A stretch of 64,000 bases of DNA from Raillietiella orientalis (Eukaryota). Below are positions 25,680 through 39,300 of this stretch, in pieces. The DNA lies in assembly GCA_036172245.1 (NCBI GenBank), contig JAYWIR010000050.1, forward strand, positions 434,001 to 498,000, given 5' to 3'. Under the pieces are notes generated by a model. The model was not told the origin of the DNA and made no database searches. It saw only the letters and a program-made list of their open reading frames with translations. Made by a program: the position numbers and the translations under genes. How positions within the stretch are numbered: position 1 is the first letter of the stretch; every line of letters starts with the position of its first letter.

Positions 25680-26900
25680 GCTGATCTCCGGAGAGCGCCC
25701 CTGTCGCTTCCTAACGCGTCCACAAGCAGCGCGCACGGCGCCGAAGCGTGGAAGCCTTCCCTCCTCCTCCGACGAGCCTCGTCTTCCGCAACACGTCTTC
25801 GGCGCTCGTGCTTCGATGCGGCTTCGTCCAACGGCGAGCTCCTGGCTCAAGGGCGGGGCACGGCTCCCCTCCCCCCCTGTCGGGGTCCGCCGCCGCTGCC
25901 TTCCCTCCTTCAGCCAACTCTCCTGCGGCTCCCTCCCACCCGCATCCTCCTCTTCGTTTCCCGCGGCGTTCCCCGAGGTCTTCCCGGAAGCCCGGAGCCG
26001 GCTCGGAAAGAAGTCAAAAGGGCATCGGGAGGCAGCTGCGAGGAGAGGCGCCAAACGGAGCGTACCCACGCAACCTCTCTTCTGCGCGCCTTTCGGCCCT
26101 CCCTGCCCACCTGCGGTTCCTCTGCTGCGTTGGCAACGGGCGATGCGAGACAAAGGGGCAGCGCCCAGTTCTGCTCCTTGCGACCAACCGACCAACTCTG
26201 CTCCCCCGAAGGGCGACACAGCGCGCCCCACATTCCTCGATCCTCCGCGGTCCGCACCTGGGGAGCCCAACCCACTGCGACAGCCACTTGGCCGAAAGAC
26301 CCGCGCCAGAGTGACCGAGAAAACCCCGGAAGAGCGGCGATCCCGACTGGGAATGGCTGGTCCCTCCGGGAAGCCCCGGAGCCTCCGGTGAGCCCTGGAG
26401 GCGCTCTTGGCCGCCTCCAGGGCTCACCAGGGCCAGCAGCCTGGCAGTGCGGATTGCTGAGGAACTATCGATCCGATCGTCCAGACGTTTTCCTCTTCCG
26501 CCGCTTCCTCCTCCGGCGGATTCAAGGACGCGGAGCGCAGCGGTTCGGTCCGGAGAGAGTCGCGTGCAGCCGGGCGCGCCCGTGAGCGACCGGCCGATAC
26601 CACGGGGAGTGGCGGACGGAGGCGCGGCAGGGCTGCTCCCTGGTGTGGCGAACTACCTGATCTTCGGGCGGAGCGGCCAATGAACTCAATGGGCCAAAAG
26701 AGCCCATGCATCCAAGAGGCGCACCACGTCTTCGGAAAGGAGTCACTTGGCAACCGCGCGGCATCCACGGGGAAACCGCTCGATGCACACGTGGATCGCG
26801 TTAACGGGAACGACGGTGCGTCGGCTCCCCAGCGGCTCGAGGAACGAAAGGCCAGCAACCGAGGAAGAAGGAAGCACGATTTCCCGCTATCCGAGGTTTT
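25680..26900 (+). mobile_element. Decayed L1/Tx1-like ORF2 relic
   Basis: APGSRAGH ~ AGSSRAGQ; DQLCSPEGR ~ KDLCAPGRD; PTGNGWSLRE...LLRNYRSDRPD ~ PANGNSWLQE...LLSYYKSRSLPD; GLLPWCGEL ~ GLLRWGEL. Confidence 0.5.
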
Positions 26901-28049
26901 CGCTCCGAACGATTCGGGAGGCACCGGGATGAATCGGTCAACCGGAGTGCGTTGCCATCGCTTCATCACTTCATCACTCGAGGAGAACAGCGACCCGCCC
27001 ACCGCCATCAGGTGAGCAGGAAGAAACACCGAATGGAAAGGCAAAAAAAAAAGCAAACACGGAGTAGACCGGAAGTTGAGCAGTGGGCGAATCTGAGGAG
27101 GGGCGGGGGGCCGACTTCCGACCGCCGTCGCAGAAGCAAAAAGGCGAACACACAAAGACGCGCCGGGCGTTCGGCGCGCCACTCAGCCGACACGGCTGTG
27201 CGAAGACGGAGAAGGGAAGTCTCTCAGCTCTTCTCTGAGGTGAAGGCGCAGAGCGCGGACGAAGAAGCGCAGCGCCGCACCTTCCTCGTCGGAGACTTGT
27301 GTTGATTATGTTCACAAGGTCCGAGGTAATGTAGGATGCACACTAAAATTTGAGTTTCGGAGACATGTTGGATGTAACTTGTAGATGGCATTGAATGGTG
27401 AATGGTAATAGGTAAGGTAGCAGGGAAAGAGGTGAAAGTATGAAGAGAAGATAGGAGATGGAAATTGGAAGGAAAGGTGGTCTAGGGTGATCTGGTGGAT
27501 TGTTTATTGGAATGGCAGTGAAGGATGGGAGTCTAACGTTTGTCACCGTGGTCCGCTCTGCGAGAGGGAGACCCAAACTGAAGGGAGTTCACGGCAGGAA
27601 AGCAAAGAAAAAGGCAGTTCCGAACGAGGCAAAGAGCATCGCCATCGCAGCTGAAAGAAAAACGCCGAAAGCAGCGCGCGACGAAGCGAATCCCAGTTTT
27701 TGCAGCCACCGCATGACGTGCCTTGAGACGGAAGTGCGCAACGAGGCAGCGGAGGCGAGGTGTCGGGAAAAAAAGTCACCGCTGCCACGGAACGGCGGAA
27801 TGCAACGACCTGGAACGGGTAGAGGGTAGTCGGCTCCCCCTCCCTCCCTGCGGTCTCCCGGCACACGCGCTTCCCCGAAACGCTCAGCGCAGAAGCACGA
27901 CGGATGATGATGGCCCCCCTCATTCCGTTTCTAGGTTTCGCAAAGATGGTGTGGCCCCTCGGTGTTTACGCTGAGGAAGGCGAGGCGACGGAAACCCTCG
28001 TGCCGCTTCTCCCCGTACCCAGGAAACCGACTGACAGGCCCATAGCGGA

Positions 28050-29900
28050 TGCAATCGCCAAAGGATCCAAGAGGAGGACGAGGAGATAAGACGCCGCGTT
28101 CTCGGAAGCACTCGCCGAATCAATTAAAGGAAACGCTGAGCTCCGCCGAAGGAGTTTGTTTGACTTCCCTTCCTTCCTTCTCTCCCGCTGACAAGCGTTG
28201 GCAGTGCTTCATCGAAAGCGACCTGTGGGGGGAAAACGTGCCAATTGGGTTACAGCAGCCTGCAGAAACTCTTTGCTGCCTTCCTTCCCGTCTCTCCATT
28301 TCCGTCATCGGCGCTTCGTTGCGCGCCTTCGAGTTGGCCTTCCGCGGAAGCCAGAGCCCATCCCGAATCGGGAATGCCACCCCGGAAAGGCCACCAATGC
28401 ATGCGCTGGGCGTGCCACGAACCCGGCGACACCCGGCCCCCATGCCCCTCGAGGCTCTTTTAAGCCGACTGCACGCGGATAGGGACGCGTACGCGTTCCG
28501 AGAGATTTTCGTGCGCAAACGTGGGATCGCATCAAAGTAGGCGCACGAGACCCACGCACGAGTGGGGCCGCGTAGAATCGCTCGCTTCACCGAAAAGCCG
28601 CAGGCACGAATTCATCAAACAAAAATCACCCCGAGGTCTCCCGGGGCCTTGAATGCCTCTCTGCCTTTGCGGGCGGGCCGCCGCACTGGGCGCCTCTCTG
28701 CATTCGCTTCGGGAATGCTGCGGCTGTTCCGACGGTCCTCCTCGACACGGCCCCTGAAAGACGGACACCTCCTTCCCCTTCGAGAATTTCCCCACTCGCG
28801 CATGAAAGAAACGAAGGGAGCTGATAAAAAAAAAAAAGAAAAAGAAAAAAGGAAAAATTGCCGGGATTTGATGGGTGGGTGCGCTTTCGAGAGCACGCCC
28901 GGCTTTGAGCCGCACGCCTGCTACCAGCCAGGGACCACCCCGGAGGAGCCCCCAACTGCAAGTGCACCACCATGCATCACCTATCGCTCGGATCGAATGG
29001 ATCGACGAGATACGAAAAGCCGGGAACCACCACTTCCGTTTCCTTCGGAAACTGTCGCAAGTATCTGGAACACCACGGGACCCAGAAAGCCCGTCGAGAG
29101 AACGGAACTTTGGTGAGTCCCCCCAATCAGCTTGCAGGTGGACGAGAAAGTCCCTTTCCGCTGAAGTCATAGCAAAGGTGAAGGCAGGCGCCACCGAACA
29201 AGAGGAGGAGCTCGCGTTATCGCACGGACTGCGAGATGGTACCCCATGGCGCCGCTTCACTCGCCATTTCCAAATAACACAAGTGCGGCCATTAATAAAG
29301 CACGCACCAATTACGAAACGGCGCAATCGTCAACAACTACCTGGAACTCTCTTTTTTTTTTTCCCTTTTTTCAAAACCCTGAAAAAGTCCCTGAAAAATT
29401 TCTTTACAAGTGACATGATGATCCCCCACAGGTAGTAGAATGCCACGCTGAAACAGCCCTTTGTCCCGTCTACGAGGGCACAGGGGCAATTCGGAACCGC
29501 GACGCGGAGATTACCATTCGTTTCCGCTGCAGCCTCCGCTCTGCACCACGAAAACACACGAAACGTACCAGGAGCCACGAATGCGGTAGCATCTCGCGAA
29601 ATCTGCGGGTGCATGGTGGCTCTGGCACGATCTGTTTATCCAGAGGTCATGTTTGGCCTACTTGACCGAACTTTCGACAAGCAAACTCAGCAGAGACATC
29701 TGTGGACCACGATCGAAAAGTGCTGCGCGCGGGCCGATCATTTCTCCAAGAAGTCCAAAAACACGCCCTCGCTAGGAACCTCGTCACTCTTATTACGACC
29801 TGCAAAGGATATATGAGCCAATGGCATCGTGTAAGCCTCGAGGAACCCCATTTGAGCTGACTTTACACTCCACGAACCGCAAGTTCGCTGTGACCTCTAA
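28050..29900 (+). mobile_element. Possible very old L1-type ORF2 relic (endonuclease end, linker, RT start)
   Basis: Weak ordered motifs: RRIARF (~SRIDRF), ARIEWIDE (~L1/Tx1 linker), SQWHRVSL (~SNWRPIT). Confidence 0.25.
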
Positions 29901-31004
29901 TAGATGGTGCTCGGATTCCAAAACCACAGATTCTGTTTGCCGCCGTGCGGATCCGTAGAAAAGGTGACCGAAAGCTCGAAAACTGAGCCGAAAAGGTGTG
30001 GAAAGGCACGGGTCTACTGCAAATTTTAAGGATACCCCTCCCCCCCTAAGAAAAAAAAAAAAAAAAGCAGAGACCATTCGAAATTGTTTTATTTTTGCTT
30101 GCTACAGCGCAGAGATGCAATCGTCAGCACAGATGGCCGCGGGCAAGAACATGCACACAGATTTGCATGCTGGTGAAAATCGGTCCGGACGGCGGGGGTC
30201 AGAATCGCCATTTCACGTCAGCGCAATGAGGGCTCCTCGACCCTTTGACCAAGATCAAAGTGCGCCACCAAGTGGAAAGGAAGGGGTGCCAGACCGCACG
30301 GCACGCAGTTTCCGAAAGAGCATTTCGTGCGGATGCGACAAACACCCGAAGGCTTATGTAATTTTATTTACCGTGACCCCACTCAAGAAAGACTTGACAG
30401 AGAACCTGACACACTGCTGCAAAGCAAGAGGAAAAACGGAAGCAATCGATGATGCTGAATGTTCCACTGCAATGTTTCTCATGCCCAAGTCATCAATCAT
30501 GACTCATCGATTCGCAATGATACACGAAGGGATTATTTCGAAGATGGTTCCCGGCTTCGTACCACAAGAAAACCTGCGTTGGTTTTTTTTCGTTTCCGAA
30601 ATTGCCCTAAAAAAAAAAAAAAAAAAATCAGTTTCTTTCTCCTTTTTTTCCGCAAAAACTTGACAGATGCGTACAAATAGGAACGCAAGGTTAAGGCTAG
30701 CGGAAACCTGGAAAGGACAAATGGAAAGCAACCTTGCAATTTACTTCCCGGTGCAAGTTCACGGCCTAATGACATGGGAGGGAAAAGCAAAACGGAATTT
30801 TATTTTATTTTGTACCCCCCCTCCTTCCTGTTTCCGACCGTCAAGGAACCAAGGGCGTTCGTTTTTCCCCCGGGGGCCCGAATTTCGCATCCCTTCGCTC
30901 CGGGGCCCTACAAATTACATACCCAACCCAACGCGCGCGCGAACTTTTCGAGGGGACGCGACAGCACGGCGGGCACCGGCAGAAAGTGGTTGCCACAAAC
31001 AATA

Positions 31005-31034
<30 letters not shown>
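31005..31034. repeat. (ATG)10 microsatellite
   Basis: Direct reading. Confidence 0.9.
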
Positions 31035-31036
<2 letters not shown>

Positions 31037-32999
31037 TTACCTGATCGTGTTACGAGATCAATGGGGAACTTCAGACGAAATTCAGTGCAAGTGCGAAGCC
31101 GTAGGCCACATACCCCCACACGAACAGGGCGTACGCGAAAAAGGCAACTTTCACAATGTTCACAATCACATTCCTCTTGTCGCAATCCTCGGGGGCTTTC
31201 TTCTTATCTTTCATCACTATACACAGTGCAGCAGCGAATACAGCTGTTGTTCTTTCGCTTTCCCGGAGGCGAGAAACAACACTACCTGGAACTACTTTTG
31301 CCAGCAAATCTAGAGGAGGGGAGAAAAAAACAAAAAGCACATGGAAGGGAAAACTCGGAGGCGGCCGGAAGGCTCCACCAAGCGCGCCCGGCGCCAAGAC
31401 GTGCGACGATTTACAAAGGAGCACCTTATTACGGAACATTCGTTCGTGGGCAATGAGCCAACCGACGGAAGCACCGCAGGCACTCTCCCTCTTCCTCTCT
31501 GCCTTCTTTCTTTCTGCACCGCGCTGCGATCTTCTCGGCCTTTTGTTCTTCCTCTTCGCCTTCCTCTTCTTCTTTCCCTGCTCGCCTTGCCTTCACCAAG
31601 CCGCACGCGAAACGGCAGGGAGGCTGCACACTGAAGATCCGGCTGCACGCAGGGCCCCCATGCTGGATGAGCCAGCTCCGCCCGCCCCCTCCCTTTTCCC
31701 TTCGGAAGGGGTTTCCTCCTGCACCCCTCCCCCCCCCCCCCCCTTCACGGCTCCGTACACATTCACCGGCTCGCGCGCCAGCAGGCACGCTCGAGCAGCA
31801 CGCGCGGCGGACATCAACTGCAGGGCGCGGGTGCCACGCGCCGAGAGGGAATCCCAGCGCGCCCTCTGCCGGCGGCCGCAACCAATCGCGGGATGCAGAG
31901 GATTCGGAGGCCGGAGATTCGTCGGAGAGCGCGCGCGCGCCAGCGGGCGGGCGGGGGAGGGGAAAGGTCGGTTGCTCCGGGGGCGCAGGAGGAATGGCGC
32001 AAGAAGCGTTCGGGAAGATGGCGCGCGCGTCTCTGCGAGGCGGCCGCCAGACGCGAAATTTCCGAAAGAGGCCAGGAGGAGGAGGAGGAGGAGGACGGCT
32101 GCCGGGCAACCGCCGGGAACGGCGGGCGGGGAGCACTTGGGCGGCCGAGGCGGCGGCGAACCGCCTGGCAATCGGCGGGAGGCGCGATCGCATCGATTTC
32201 TGCCAGATTGAAAGACGGCTTTCCCCCAGTGCCGAGAACAACGCGCGCGCAAACGCGCGAAGGTCAACTCTGCGAGCTCCCTGGAGAGCACCGTTCCTTT
32301 TTTCTTCTTCTCCTTCTTCTCTCTCTCTCTCTCTCTCCCCCCCCCCCTTTCCCCCGCCCCCCCTTCAGATACGTGCAAGTCGTCGGCTTCGTCGAGCGGT
32401 TCTTTCTTCGGCCGCTGGATGGCGCATCGACATCTCGCAACCGTTCAAATAATGGCGTTGGCGCGCGCATCCACCCGCAACAATGAGCAAACGATAGGTC
32501 GCCGGTGGCAACCACGCTGGGCAAGCAAAAAAAGAAAAAAGGGACGCGGGCCTCCCACGCGTGGGCAGGCCGGCCGCCTCGCTCCCCCGCCCTGTTGCGA
32601 AATCAACTGCGCTGTTTGGCGGCGGGGCCGCGTTTCCGCGCGTTCCGTGACCCCACGTTCCTCCCTCCGTCCACGCGTCCTCGGCAGCCTCCTCCCTCGA
32701 ACACACGTGCGTCCAGCAGCGCGCCGCCGGGAGGCACTGCGCGCTGTGCGTCTCTGCTCGCGGATGCCGCGAAAGCGACGAGGCTGCGATGCTGCGTGCG
32801 GGCGGAGATGCTTTCCTCCTCCGCAGGTTGCAGAGATTTTGTTCCCCTCCCCTCCTCCTCCTCCTCATCATCAGCAGCTGGGCAAGGCAAGCGAAATAAA
32901 CGCTTCACGCCGTTCCTATCGGCGCGATCCCTATGCCAACCGTACATCTGGTGCCGGCGGACGCTTCCCGAGCTCTCTCTACGAGAGAGGTGGGCAGCG

Positions 33000-33600
33000 G
33001 GCCAGATGCTGTGGTGGCCGAGTTCTCGATAAGTGCGCTCTCCTCTCTCGGAAACCCGGGGGCGGGCACCCGGGAGCTATCAAACCATCCCGTTCGCGGC
33101 GCAGCGTTCGCTCGAACGGGAGCCGCTGCTGCAAGGCGATGCTGCCGCCTCTCCCCTGAACACCTTCCTCTCTTCCTCGTTCGCTCTGTTTATCTTCGTA
33201 GGTGAGCAAACGACCGGCAGGCCGGTAGGGAGCGCCTGATTCTGCAGTCACCGTTGGGCCGGCGGGCTCTCACCTCTCAGTCCTGGGGTGGCAGGCTCTC
33301 CCGCCCGTGCCGCACCGCCGCGCACCCCCTATTCCACCGAAATCCTCTGCCCTCCCCTATCGCCGTTCGCTCCGGCGTCGCTGCTCCCGAGAGGTTCCGC
33401 CGCCGCGGCGCAGCCAGCTCTTTTTCCTTGTTCCTCCAGACCGAAGGAACGCGTCGCTCTTGCGAGGAGGAATCAAAGGCCTTCACCGGTGCCTTCCCGA
33501 CCTCGTGGGCCTTCCGCATCTTCTGCTGCCCCGCCTGCCTCCCTGTGTCCTCGAAGGCTCAGAGGGTGGAAGGCTCACCGCGGGCGCCGTGACGGAGGGC
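33000..33600 (+). mobile_element. Possible decayed L1/Tx1-like RT relic
   Basis: REPLLQGDAAASPLNTFLSSSFALF ~ RRVIRQGDSLSPLLFSTYFELV. Confidence 0.25.
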
Positions 33601-36387
33601 ATCTGCGAGCGAAGCCGAAACGGAGTCCCAAGTCCAGGAGTGCCTCCCGCCGCCTCGTCACAGGAGGTTGCGTGGGATCCCGCGCCCTTCCCCACCCCCA
33701 GCTTTCCTTCGAGGTCCGCAAGCGTTCTTTTCTTTCTGCAGCTCCGTCTGGCGAGGAAACCAGGCGGCGGAAAGAGGCGAACCGCAGAGTAATGCAAGCT
33801 GCCACGTTCGTCGTCGTGACCGTCTCCAGGAGAGCTTGAAACCCCGAGGACCTCGGGCACACCACCACGCGTCCGTGAGTGCACGCGTGCAGGCATCCAC
33901 ACGTGTGCACACTTCGAGGTCGCTTCTCAGTGATCGAAGCAAGTGGAACATCGACCCACGCGCAAGGAGTGCAAGAGTAAAAAGTTTGCAGGCAGCGGCT
34001 CCCCGAAGGGGATTGGTTCTGCGGAAAAAGCAGGAGGTGTATGGAACGCACACGAACCACATTACGTCACCATGGTTTATTATTATTATTATTATTTTGA
34101 GCAATGCGTAGATCACCCATCTTGGAAAATGTCACCTCCATAATTTTCACGAAAATCTCTGCAGAGAGGAATGTCCTTGGAATTTCTGAAAGGAGAAATG
34201 GGGAGATGGAAGGCAAGAGCATGCGCCCCTGAAAATAGGCACCATCTGACGTGATCATTGAGCTGAGAGCCACAGGCACCCGTTCTTACGGTGCATGCCG
34301 TTGGGCATCGTTTTGGCCGGAAGGCATTTTGCTTTGAATGCGCAGTCCTCCTGAGCCAGCATCACGTTCATCAGCATCAGTTAGCAGGCCAGCACGACGA
34401 GAAGAATAAAGTTCAAGTAAAACTCCCCAAGAACCAAAACTCTGATCCGATCTTTCGCATGGGTATTCCCATACCAAGGTATCCAATCTACCGGAACTCA
34501 CCTCAGCCATTCCACGGATGGCTTCCAGCTTTGTCGCGTGACTTTCACTACCTCCAATCTGAACTTGGACAATGCAGAATGCAGAGAGCAATAGTGGTTA
34601 AAATTCAAATACACTCTCCCTGCTGTCTTAGATTACAATTTCCTTAGCTCCACTGTCTACCCCCTATTCCAGATTAATATACGCACATTCCCTTTCTATT
34701 ATCTAAGAAGTTGCATGTGTGTCTCCTTTCATGCCTACATGTACCTAGGGATGATAATCATTCGTGTACAACAGTTTTCACACATTTCAAGTAAATAGAA
34801 GAACCGTTTCCCGCTTTTCGCACTTTTATCATTAATTATCAATATAATACTTTCATAAAGTAAGCAGTGTGCGAATAATTTTGCGATTGTTTGGTAAAAA
34901 AATAAATTTGCGCTTCTTTATTCTGTTTCGAAAGAATGTTTACTGATGACCAATTGCCATAGGCAAAAACGCCGTCATTTTAAAATTTCGGAGGGTCCAT
35001 TTTACTTGCCATTACTTGACAAGTGAAAGCTCATTAACTACGTATAGCTGATACCGACACATTGCCTATGCTTAATGCATCGGGCAACATTTGCCAATTT
35101 CTTCAAATTATCCAAAGTGGGTATTCGGTGCTTATTAAAGGATTTGACAATCAAGGGAGAATAGTGTCCAGCTTTTTTCAATTACAGAATGTTAACGGCA
35201 TTTACACATTTCTATTTCATTCGATTACATTGCTAAATCTGATTCATAATTTTCACAGTTGTGTGTGTTGTTGAAGGAACCATAACATTTATAAGTCGGG
35301 CAAAAGTTGGAAACAAAAGAAGAAAAGTTTTCCAAGTCATAACCAACTGGGCTCATTTGAGCTACAAAACTTCGACTGACAAGTAGACTGGGAATGCTGC
35401 ATAATTTTTTCTCAAACCCCAATGTCGATGTGGGAATGCGGGGGCTGCAGTGGTACCATTTCATCATCACACAAAAACTGCTGTAAGGGATACAACAGGA
35501 AGCACACTAAAATACCGTTCAGAGGAAGATTTGGAAACTGAAGTCGGGCTGAAGTGGAGGTTGCAGAAAAAATTCATACCAGTAGATTGGTTGCGCCTTC
35601 ATTCGTGTTTTCACTCATACGTGATGCGTAGGCAAATCATTTTATCGTGTCAGATAATAAACAATACCTTGGAATGGAGTACGCTTTTTTTTAAAAAAGG
35701 AGATGGGGTGTATTCCCTCAAACGCTCGTGACGTAGGAAGTTGCAGGAGGCCCGAGGCAGAGGATTCTCTCGAGAAATGTTAAATGTAAATTAATATGAA
35801 GACAAGTTTGTCACCCGGATATGCCGGGCAGGAGATGAAGACACGTGCACCTTTTCTTCGGGCGGCAGGCGTACGGAATTTCACGGCAGAGAGCTAATTG
35901 ACATGTCGCGACGGTTAATGTGCAATTATACCTTATGGGGGGTACACTTCTATGAGCATCGGGAGTGCGCGGCTCTGCATCCCAACTCTGCAGTTTCAGG
36001 TTATTAGTTTAACAGCGTTTGGTTACCCGATGTACAGTAACAAAGGAATTGGTACATTATTGTAAAATTAGAAGGTTAAGGTACAACATCGAGTACATTC
36101 ATTGCCCACCGTAGAGAGGCTCTACGTCACCGTTTGCCACCACAAATGGTTGAGCATGCATGGGGCACCAAACTGCAGTTTGGTGGTGGTAATTTTGCTT
36201 TCTTAGGTTTTCCAGACACAGAACATGTGAGTTCGTTTGAAGATTAATTCGTACACTAGTAACCGAACATACAAGGTGTGAAGGTAGCATGCCTTATGCA
36301 GATTTACAAAGTTTTTTTTAACGTTGTGAAACCTGAGCAAGTTTTTTGAATATGCCTTGCCGTAGATTTTAAAATTCTGCTCAGATT

Positions 36388-39300
36388 ATGACAGTTATCG
36401 ATAAAGCTCTTGAGTTAATCACATCCAGAATTCCGGATATAGAAGACGATCTGTTCAAATATATAGAAGGTAAGTGATACATACTTTATTTTCCTGCAAC
36501 ACTTCCATTCCGTTTTGTGAATATAGGTATTCTAACAGAGGGTGAACAGGATTTTGAAGAAGCGAATGATGTGTTTGAAGCTGTTGGCTGCTTGCTCAAG
36601 GAAATTTCCAAGGGAATCAATGAAGATCAAATAAGGTTATTTTGTAACTTTGCATTTTGTTCAGAAAAAGCACATCATTGAATAATGTTTTGGATGGGTG
36701 TTGGGTAATGTTACAGATGCAGCAATTTAATTATTCATATTTTCAGAATACTCTGTGAAGAAGTGTATAATGTCCTGTCACCAAATCATGTTTTCTGCAA
36801 ACAGTTGGATGAACCAGTCCACCTAAGATCAATAGTAAAGCTGAAGGGTAGAGATCATGTGTCTCAACCATTACAGCTAGATGAATCATCAGTAGGTTTC
36901 AATTTTTGTTGCAGTAACATGACCTTCTTCCTGTGGCTTATTTATAATGAGCGAAAATACATGAGGATAAAAGTTTTTTTTTTTTTAATTCAAAATGAAA
37001 AGTTCTTGTAAAAATTTTAAACAGGATTTATTGTCTATTAATGTTCTAAAGAATGTTTGTCTTCTTTTTATTGTTTTCAGTTATTTAATTTTGATGTGAG
37101 TTGTATATGAATGTTACCATGTGTGCTATTAATTCATGATACTGTGTGTTACATATTGATATTTCATGATTAACATGTTCGTTGCATCATACATTTTCTT
37201 TAATTTTGCCCTTCTAAATTCAGTTAACATATTGTCTTTCGTTTGAAGTATTCATGTAGGTATTTATTTTCAGTTATTTGTACAGAGTGCTATTTTGAAT
37301 TTTGTTTGAATTTGAATTAGGTTTGGTTGGAAATTAGTGAAACTGTTAATGATCAGAGGAAAGAGTTATTTACGCTGAAAGATAGCAATCCTAGGAGACA
37401 ACTGAGTTGTTTGCAGAATAACAAACACAGAAATTGTGAAATGATGTCTAATGTAAACATTATATAAATTGAATTGAAACAGCAGTTAGGAAACTGTGGA
37501 GTGTGATTTAGTAATTTGATTAGACACCATGGTAGACAAGAGTCGGATTGTGTGCACTAATAACCAAAAGAAAAGAAAGACAAAGAAAGACACCTAGTTG
37601 TTGTTCATACAAACACTACATGAATGAATCGAATCCATAAAATAGAATGGTTGATAGAATACTCTGGTGTTACACCTTTGAGCATGAATGCAGTTTGATG
37701 CATGGAACTTAATAAAAACATAATCCCATAGGATAATTAGCAATTTTGTTGCAATGTAAAGTTTAAATTAAATTTCTAGACTGGTAACATATTAGACAAA
37801 GATTTATTGTTAGACATGATTATGTGGAAGCTCTCATAATTCATATGCTTTTATGATGACATTTTTAATGTTTTTTTCTTTCAGCTTCATTGAATATTTT
37901 TCTTGACCATGTTTCTGTTAGCATTCATGTAAAGTTTTCTGGTAACTCTTCTGCTTGTGTGTTATTTGCCATTCTTCACAGAATTCATTTTACTGAGGCA
38001 TTTATACCAGTGGTGTACTGGTTGTTCTGTGATTAATCTAGGTGTATGTTCTCCTTTTTTGTTTAAAATATTTTTTTTTTGAAGTATGTGAGGAGTTTAG
38101 CTGAATAGATACAAGGATGTGTGCTTTATCTGTTATAGAAGTTTAGACCAAAAATTTCTTCAGAGTGTATCCACTGTTTCTTTTCATTTGGCTCTCTTGA
38201 CCCATTTTATTTCCCAAGTGCTGATGTAAAATTAATGGTGATAATTTTTTGATCAGTCTCTGAAAGCTTTTCATGATACAGCAACTTCCAAGAGATGCTT
38301 AGAACTCAGCTTGTTGGAAGAGTAATATTTCAAACTTGTCTCTTTTATAACTGTGTAACAAAACTATTTCTAAATTCGTAGATTTGTCTATAGATTACAT
38401 TTTTCTACCAGTCGCATGTGTGTTTGCTTATGAAATGTTTTGATGTCCACTTCTTGAACAATTTCATATTCCGTAATAACAATTTCGAAACCCATTTCAT
38501 CAGTTTTGCAAATCAGCAGCTGTTTTGGTCCTGCAGTACAAAACTGATATCTTGTTGTCCAATGTGCTATCACTATTAGTCTTGAACATAAAAGTGCTTT
38601 CATGTCTCATTGGCAAAGTTTAAGGAGAAATTGTTTTGCATAACTAGTGTGTACATTGTTGAGGAAGGAAAGCATGCAATGATTTTTCCCAGAAGTGCTT
38701 TTAAAGATCTTGCACATGATTTGATTTGGTGACCTTTTGATATGCTCAAAGAATATATATCTTTTATATTCAGTGGAATCAGCCAATGTAAAATTCAAGA
38801 AAGACTGAATTTTGTAATTGTGATCAAAATAATTGCTCTTATTGTGTTTTGGCAATGTGCACTTAATGATGCATTGCATTTTCAGTTATGCATAGGTAAA
38901 TTTTTGCTTGTATGGGAATCTGGTTTTCATAGCATCTGATGTAAGGCATCTATTGAATTTAAATTTAAATTCTCTAAATTATGTGTGTTCTCTTGTTGAA
39001 TATTTGTTGCGAGATGACATTTGATTGCTGCATTTGTTATTTGCCAAATGCTACAAATTTTTGAGCTGTTGTCCTTTTCCCAAATCCTGTTTTGGTTTGT
39101 TTAGAGGAATACATAATGGTACGTTGGATTGGTTTGGAATGCTCTTTGATACTATTTTCCGGTTGTTTGGTTTATATCGAAATCAAAATACATTGTGTAT
39201 ATCATCTGGTGCTATTCGAGCATTTCAATCATGATTGTAATAATTATTTACAACTTGTTTTGTTGAATGGTATGTCACATCAAACATAGCATCATCGCCA

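Noticed and set aside
30774..31456. Poly-Met / poly-Asp ORFs
   Set aside because: Produced by the (ATG)10 microsatellite; no gene structure.
36289..36321. Upstream ATG as the ABCF3 start
   Set aside because: Closes at TAA after 10 codons; homology begins at ATG 36388.
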